The notes under the pieces are model-generated. The model worked only from the letters and a program-made list of their open reading frames with translations, searched no databases and had not been told where the DNA came from. Below, piece after piece: positions 58,604 to 64,000 of a DNA stretch of 64,000 bases (position 1 is the first letter of the stretch; each line of letters starts with the position of its first letter). The stretch covers positions 21,211 to 85,210 of the forward strand of contig JAUQPW010000004.1 in assembly GCA_030550175.1 (NCBI GenBank), read 5' to 3'. Origin of the DNA: a bacterium (GTDB lineage Bacteria > Moduliflexota > Moduliflexia > Moduliflexales > JAUQPW01). The translations under genes and the position numbers were made by a program.

Positions 58604-59158
58604 CTACCACCATCTCTTTCTCGTTTTCTCTGCCTGTCGCGCGAACCAATGCCAGGCCGCACGTACATATTCCGCTAAGGTAACATCTGCATAGACGTGG
58701 AAACAAGACCAACACCATCCCAGGTCTCCGTGATGGGACTGACGAGAAGTTGCAGGAAAATAATGTTCCCCTAAAAGCCGGCTAAATCCCTCTTCAATAT
58801 GCATGAGGTAATTTTTGACGGCTCCCTTATTTCCGGCTGTAACCGGCAACTCTATCAGTGCATGGGTGACCGGGCTTTCTTTTCCACAGGTAAGGGCCAA
58901 CTCCGCAGGCAATTTCCAGTTATAGAGATAAATGTAGTCAAACCCTTCGATATAAGAACCCTTCTGATCTTTGGAAGTACGTACATCCGCCATGGCATAG
59001 ATCCCTTTGGTCTCGTATGCCGGCAATTCAATGGGATGAGAAAAACGGAAGCACTCTTCGGTACCTATGAGTTTAATCAATTCAAGGTACTGACGATTGA
59101 TCTCCTCAACGTTTTGTCTATACCAGTTAAACAGTTTAAACACAGAACAACCCCTCAA
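58604..59158 (-). CDS. E2-like candidate (BilB-like) by operon position. The UBC fold cannot be confirmed by eye.
   Basis: A 184-aa protein sitting between the Ubl and JAB genes. Candidate Cys residues are C91 and C149 (HHGDLGWCW). No canonical HPN motif. Confidence 0.35.
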   Translation of the reverse strand: MRGCSVFKLFNWYRQNVEEINRQYLELIKLIGTEECFRFSHPIELPAYETKGIYAMADVRTSKDQKGSYIEGFDYIYLYNWKLPAELALTCGKESPVTHALIELPVTAGNKGAVKNYLMHIEEGFSRLLGEHYFPATSRQSHHGDLGWCWSCFHVYADVTLAEYVRAAWHWFARQAEKTRKRWW

Positions 59159-59261
59159 GACTCTACAACAGTCTTACAATCCACATTAACCTTTCAAAGG
59201 TTTTTGACCTTTGAAAGGTTAACGTTACAGAGGTTCTTTAACCGTATAAGTGCCAAGCTGT

Positions 59262-59555
59262 TTAACCCGAGATCACTTGGGGATTGGTGGCGATTTTCAC
59301 ACCTTTTAATTTCTCCGTACTAAAGTTATCGGTCAGTAGCTTAGAAGTAGAATTACCGGTATATTCCGTAACGGTATAATCTTCCGGAACTCCTAAAAAT
59401 TCCTTGAGCTGGCCAACAGTCTTTATAGATTCGGGTACTTCAACCCGCTTACCATTATGAATGATAGTATAAGTACTCCCGGTAGAGGACTCAGATTCTC
59501 TCAGAGGGTCAAAGGGATGGGTATAGGATCTTTCATCATCGATTACCTTTTGCAT
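59262..59555 (-). CDS. Small ubiquitin-like (beta-grasp) protein candidate ending in Gly (BilA-like)
   Basis: 97 aa. The C-terminus ...NPQVISG is followed by a stop. It is the first gene of an operon with E2-like, JAB and E1 genes. Confidence 0.45.
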   Translation of the reverse strand: MQKVIDDERSYTHPFDPLRESESSTGSTYTIIHNGKRVEVPESIKTVGQLKEFLGVPEDYTVTEYTGNSTSKLLTDNFSTEKLKGVKIATNPQVISG

Positions 59556-59657
59556 ACAGGTACCTCCTTAATTTTGAAGAATAAACCTATTACCAAATCA
59601 TCAAGGCTTATTCTAAAGGTATCACAATCCCTATACGCTGTCAATCAAATATTACTT

Positions 59658-60428
59658 CTAACCTTGGGCTAATCTTCTTATGGAATCTAAAAATTCTGGA
59701 GCCTTCAGAGGAACCTCCAGATAGAAATCCAACCATCTCCTTAAAAGCATCTTGATTTCCCTTTGAGCATCTTCAGAAATCCTGAGTCGAGGGCATTTTT
59801 CTAAGTCCATCTTCAAAAGTTGTTTTAAGATCTGAAGTGCTTGTAAGGAGGTTGGAAAAACCGGGTTTCCTTCCCCGGTACATCCTTTACAAAGGCCACC
59901 TCCTTTAGATAAGCTGAATAAAACCCGAGGGGTATTTAAGGGGTTTCGGCATTGCGCACACCGATCCAAAACGGGGCTATAGCCGGACAGGGTCAGGAAT
60001 TTAATTTCAAAGGTTATAAGAACCTTATCCATTTCCTCTTCGGGATATACCACCATCGCTCTCAACGCCTGGGTCATTAAATCATATAGCGGAGGGCTTT
60101 CTTCGTTTTCACCCACACCTTTATCTACCAACTCAACTAGACTGGCTGCTGAAGCGAGTTTCCGTAAATCTCCTCTCAGTTCAGAAAACGACTCGATAAT
60201 ATCTGCCTGACCGATGTTAGGAAAGGTGTAGGTTTCCTTTTCAAAGAGGTTCACCTGGACCCGAGTGAATAACTCCAGACTACTCCCAAACCGATTTTTC
60301 AACTTTCTCGATCCTCGGGCTATCCCTCTCAATTTACCGAAGGACTTTGAATAAAAAACAATGATTTTATCGGCCTCGTTAATATCGAAAGACCGGATTA
60401 CAAACGCTTCTGTCTTTTTAAAACCCAT
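59658..60428 (-). CDS. recO: DNA repair protein RecO
   Basis: MGFKKTEAFVIRSFDINEADKIIVFYSKSFGKL (OB-fold N-terminus) and a C-terminal CxxC...CxxC zinc finger (CAQCRNP...CKGCTGE). The ATG at 60428 is preferred to the upstream TTG. Confidence 0.8.
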   Translation of the reverse strand: MGFKKTEAFVIRSFDINEADKIIVFYSKSFGKLRGIARGSRKLKNRFGSSLELFTRVQVNLFEKETYTFPNIGQADIIESFSELRGDLRKLASAASLVELVDKGVGENEESPPLYDLMTQALRAMVVYPEEEMDKVLITFEIKFLTLSGYSPVLDRCAQCRNPLNTPRVLFSLSKGGGLCKGCTGEGNPVFPTSLQALQILKQLLKMDLEKCPRLRISEDAQREIKMLLRRWLDFYLEVPLKAPEFLDSIRRLAQG

Positions 60429-60720
60429 GAGATTTATTTTAAAAGGGATAATTGCCTGATGCAAGAAAAATTTTTATTGAAGGTTTTCATTGACCGAAAG
60501 ATAATAAGTTGCTAGAAGAGGTTTTAGTGGATTTAATTTCTCGTAAAGGTGCAGAGAGGATCAGGTGGAAGCGGAATAATCCTAGGGCTTCAAGCCAAGA
60601 CCGATGGATACTTCCTGGTTCTCATCGGGAGAATGGTATTAAAGGATCGAAACAGCTCCACTTCGACTAGGCGTCCTTTGCACTTTTGTGAGAAGTTCTT
60701 CGTATAAAGGAGGAATCTTC

Positions 60721-62706
60721 ATGGTTGAGAAAGAAAAATTCCAATCCCTGTTAGGTGAACAACGAAAATTCTTTCCCCCCAAGGAACTCAGTGAAAAAGC
60801 CTATATCAAAAGCATGGAACAATATGAGCAGATGTATAAACAATCTATCGAGGATCCCGAAGGTTTCTGGAGTAAATGGGCCGAGGAGATTGTTTGGCGT
60901 GAGAAGTGGACCAAGGTCCGTGAATATGATTTTGTAAATGCCCGAATCCAATGGTTCCTGAACGGTAAGCTGAATGTTACCGAGAGCTGTCTCGACCGTC
61001 ATCTCAAGGATAAAGCCGATCAGATTGCCCTTATTTTCGAATCGGATGATGAGCAGAATGACCAAACCTTTACTTACCGGCAGCTTTATGATGAAGTAAA
61101 TAAATTTGCTAATGTTTTGAAGAGTCAGGGAGTCAGAAAGGGGGACCGGGTCTCCATCTACCTGCCTATGATTCCTCAATTGCCCATTGCTTTACTTGCC
61201 TGCGCCCGCATTGGAGCCATTCATAGTGTTGTTTTTGGTGGCTTCTCATCCAGTTCCCTGTCCGATCGTATCGTAGACGCCAGTTGTACTTTTTTGATTA
61301 CCTCCAATGTTTCCATGCGCGGGGGTAAGTTCATCCCCATGAAGCAAAATGCCGACGAAGCCATGGAAGCTGCCAAGAAAAATGGCGTGACGGTAACCCG
61401 GTGTGTGGTGGTGGATCGCCAGGGTAACAAAGAAAATACTCCCATGACCAAAGGTCGTGACCTGTGGTGGGACGAGCTTATGGCCAAAGCCGAGCCTTAT
61501 TGCCCACCCGAGGTTATGGACTCAGAAGATCCTCTCTTTATCCTTTACACCTCAGGTTCCACGGGTAAACCTAAAGGAGTTCTTCATACCCAGGCCGGTT
61601 ATCTCCTTTACGTAAAAAAGACCTTTGAACTCATTTTCGATTATCATCCCGGAGACATCTACTGGTGTACGGCAGATATCGGTTGGGTTACGGGTCATAG
61701 TTATATCGTCTACGGTCCTCTCGCAGCCGGAGCCACAACGACCATGTTCGAGGGTGTGCCGGTTTATCCCAATCCGGATCGTTTCTGGCGTACTGTGGAT
61801 AAATACAAGGTAACCCAGTTTTATACCGCTCCTACGGCCATCCGTACCCTCATGGGTAAGGGGGATCATTGGGTAAACAATTGCGATCTTTCCAGTATCC
61901 GGATTTTGGGAACAGTAGGAGAGCCTATTAACCCAGAAGCCTGGATGTGGTATTACACCGTCGTCGGGAAAAGCCGCTGCCCCGTTGTAGATACCTGGTG
62001 GCAGACGGAAACCGGGGGTATTCTCATCTCTCCATTACCCGGGGCAACACCTCTCAAGCCCGGTTCGGCCACCCGTCCTTTCTTTGGGGTAAAACCGAAG
62101 GTTATCCGCCAGGATGGCTCTGAAGCGGACATCAACGAAGGCGGTTTTCTGGTCATTGAAGAAGCCTGGCCAGGAATCATGCGTACAGTCTATGGTCAGC
62201 ACGAACGATTCAAAGAAACCTACTTCAGCCAGTACCCCGGTCTCTACTTTACAGGGGACGGTGCCCGCAAGGATGAGGACGGTTACTTCTGGTTGATGGG
62301 TCGTGTGGACGATGTTATCAATGTCTCCGGTCATCGGATAGGCACTGCAGAAGTTGAAAGTGCCCTGGTCTCCCATCCATCGGTTACCGAAGCAGCCGTC
62401 GTTGGTTATCCCCATGAAATCAAGGGTCAGGGCATTTATGCCTACGTCACTTTAAAGGATGGATTCCAACCCGGTGAAGATCTAAAGAAGGAATTAATTG
62501 CCCATGTTGCAAAGGAAATAGGCCCTATTGCCAGGCCGGATGTGATTCAATTTACACCGGGTCTTCCTAAAACCCGTTCCGGCAAAATCATGCGCCGGAT
62601 CCTACGCAAAATTGCCCAGGGTGAATTTGAGCAGATAGGAGATACCACCACCCTGGCAGATCCCACCGTGGTAGAGTATATTATCAAGGGCCGTACAAGT
62701 AGTTAA
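60721..62706 (+). CDS. acs: Acetyl-coenzyme A synthetase
   Basis: The ATG at 60721 follows AGGAGG. The ACS N-terminal domain (FWSKWAEE...), the AMP motif [11 protein letters not shown], and the C-terminal [12 protein letters not shown] are all present. Confidence 0.9.
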   Translation: MVEKEKFQSLLGEQRKFFPPKELSEKAYIKSMEQYEQMYKQSIEDPEGFWSKWAEEIVWREKWTKVREYDFVNARIQWFLNGKLNVTESCLDRHLKDKADQIALIFESDDEQNDQTFTYRQLYDEVNKFANVLKSQGVRKGDRVSIYLPMIPQLPIALLACARIGAIHSVVFGGFSSSSLSDRIVDASCTFLITSNVSMRGGKFIPMKQNADEAMEAAKKNGVTVTRCVVVDRQGNKENTPMTKGRDLWWDELMAKAEPYCPPEVMDSEDPLFILYTSGSTGKPKGVLHTQAGYLLYVKKTFELIFDYHPGDIYWCTADIGWVTGHSYIVYGPLAAGATTTMFEGVPVYPNPDRFWRTVDKYKVTQFYTAPTAIRTLMGKGDHWVNNCDLSSIRILGTVGEPINPEAWMWYYTVVGKSRCPVVDTWWQTETGGILISPLPGATPLKPGSATRPFFGVKPKVIRQDGSEADINEGGFLVIEEAWPGIMRTVYGQHERFKETYFSQYPGLYFTGDGARKDEDGYFWLMGRVDDVINVSGHRIGTAEVESALVSHPSVTEAAVVGYPHEIKGQGIYAYVTLKDGFQPGEDLKKELIAHVAKEIGPIARPDVIQFTPGLPKTRSGKIMRRILRKIAQGEFEQIGDTTTLADPTVVEYIIKGRTSS

Positions 62707-62845
62707 TCTAAAGAAATGGGGTATGGGAGTGTGGGGGTGTGGGGAAGTGGAAGTATGGGGGTGTGGGAGTATGGGAGTATAGGAGACAGAATCCCTACAT
62801 CCCCCCCACTTCCATACTTCCCCACACCCCCACACTCTTTAAATA

Positions 62846-63400
62846 ATGCGACATCCTTTCATTGTAACCAGAGAAAATACTGCCTTAGCCATTATCGATG
62901 TGCAGGAACGATTGGCTGCTATCATGAAAGATAAAGATCAGGTAGTTCACAATATAAAATTATTAATCCAGGCGGCCAGGCTGTTTAATATACCGATACT
63001 GGTTACGGAGCAGTATCCCAAAGGATTGGGTCGAACGGTTCCCGAGATCACGGTTGAAATTCCCAAAATCACCCCCATTGAAAAGATGACCTTCAGTTGT
63101 TGTCAGGCCGATGCCTTCAATAAAGAACTGGAAGATCTCAAAGTCGATCAGATTATTTTGACGGGTATGGAGACCCATATTTGTGTCTTACAGACGGCTT
63201 TGGATGCCCTTCAGGATGGGTATCGCGTTCAAGTTGTGGAGGATGCAGTCTGTTCCAGGACCCGGGATCGTTGGGAAACGGGCTTACGCCAGATGGAAAA
63301 AGCAGGAGCTTTAATCACTTGCACCGAGACAGTGATTTTTGAGTTACTGGGTAAGGCAGGAACCGAAGAGTTTAAAACGATGCTCAAAGCGTTAAAATAA
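62846..63400 (+). CDS. Isochorismatase-family cysteine hydrolase
   Basis: ALAIIDVQERL..., VTGMETHICVLQTALDA (catalytic Cys region). Length 184 aa. Confidence 0.7.
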   Translation: MRHPFIVTRENTALAIIDVQERLAAIMKDKDQVVHNIKLLIQAARLFNIPILVTEQYPKGLGRTVPEITVEIPKITPIEKMTFSCCQADAFNKELEDLKVDQIILTGMETHICVLQTALDALQDGYRVQVVEDAVCSRTRDRWETGLRQMEKAGALITCTETVIFELLGKAGTEEFKTMLKALK

Positions 63401-64000
63401 TGGACTTTTTAAAGCTGGTTGTTGCTACCCAAAATCCTGGCAAGATTCGGGAAATCCGGGAAATTTTGAAAGGGTTAAACTATGTTGTTATCCCCATCTT
63501 CGAGCTTTATCCCGACTTTGAGGTGGAAGAGGACGGTCAAACCTATGCAGAAAATGCCTCTAAAAAAGCGATAGCTGCTGCCAGACTCACGGGACATATG
63601 GCTTTGGCGGATGATTCCGGATTGGAAGTCAAGGCTTTAGGAGGTGCTCCCGGCGTATTTTCAGCCAGATTCGGTGGAAAATCCCTTCCTCAATCAGAAA
63701 AGAATCGTCTTATCCTCGAGTCTCTCAAAGGAGTTTCCGATCGATCAGCTCGATTCGTCTGTGTAGTTGCCGTTGCCACCCCTGGAGGTCAGGTTAAAAC
63801 GGCGGAAGGAATCTGTAAAGGGAGTATTGGGTTTAAAGAGCAGGGAAGCGGTGGATTTGGCTATGACCCCATTTTTATCGTAGAAGGCTATCAAAAAACC
63901 ATGGCCGAGCTGGAGCCGGAGGTTAAAAATAAGATCAGCCATCGGGCCAGGGCTTTAAGGAAGATCCGGGAGATTTTATCCTCTTTGCAGGATACCTTCT
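63400..64000 (+). CDS. rdgB: dITP/XTP pyrophosphatase (RdgB/HAM1 family), 3' end beyond the window
   Basis: The ATG overlaps the upstream stop (TAATG). LVVATQNPGKIREI..., ADDSGLEV and FGYDPIF motifs. The ORF is open to the window end. Confidence 0.7.
   Translation, partial: MDFLKLVVATQNPGKIREIREILKGLNYVVIPIFELYPDFEVEEDGQTYAENASKKAIAAARLTGHMALADDSGLEVKALGGAPGVFSARFGGKSLPQSEKNRLILESLKGVSDRSARFVCVVAVATPGGQVKTAEGICKGSIGFKEQGSGGFGYDPIFIVEGYQKTMAELEPEVKNKISHRARALRKIREILSSLQDTF

Noticed and set aside
58165-58668. JAB-gene start at 58668, as given in the ORF track
   Set aside because: That start would overlap the upstream gene by 65 nt. The conserved JAB core begins downstream, and a GTG at about 58602 gives a typical 4-nt coupled overlap.

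Overview
This 64-kb window looks like chromosomal DNA from an uncultivated bacterium with roughly 50% GC. Coding density is high on both strands.

Housekeeping content:
- uvrB, recO, glyQ, acs, lpxB, acpS, otsBA, and a complete livKHMGF-type branched-chain amino-acid ABC transporter.
- A sugar-type ABC binding protein, a CPA2 antiporter, an acyl-CoA ligase and a two-component hybrid kinase.
- A methylotrophy-flavoured pair: an XoxF-type (DYD motif, lanthanide-type) PQQ methanol dehydrogenase followed by a small c-type cytochrome.

Accessory content:
1. A four-gene operon encoding a ubiquitin-like protein, an E2-like protein, a JAB/MPN peptidase and an E1-like ThiF enzyme (57206-59555, minus strand). 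It sits exactly between recO and glyQ, and its order matches Bil-type bacterial Ubl-conjugation antiphage systems.
2. A 1149-aa STAND NTPase (NB-ARC P-loop, about 14 WD40 repeats) with an N-terminal two-helix transmembrane module, a candidate Avs/NLR-like defence protein.
3. A selenoprotein gene that the ORF track splits in two. An in-frame TGA falls in a U-x-x-C motif, and a SECIS-like hairpin lies 10 nt downstream.
4. A 1060-aa membrane-anchored coiled-coil protein built from tandem repeats, with a recent 72-bp internal duplication.
5. At least five copies of a MITE/REP-like palindromic element whose core is centred on an AAGCTT palindrome.
6. A second repeat family of about 140 nt of structured RNA-like sequence closed by CCAGGATAAG/CTTATCCTGG stems. 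Its two copies show compensatory base changes.
7. Two possible pseudo-enzymes: a cNMP-binding patatin with the nucleophile Ser replaced by Asn, and an HMG-CoA-synthase-like protein lacking the catalytic Cys and Glu, fused to a DUF35 zinc-ribbon/OB module.

I found no rRNA, tRNA or CRISPR array by eye.
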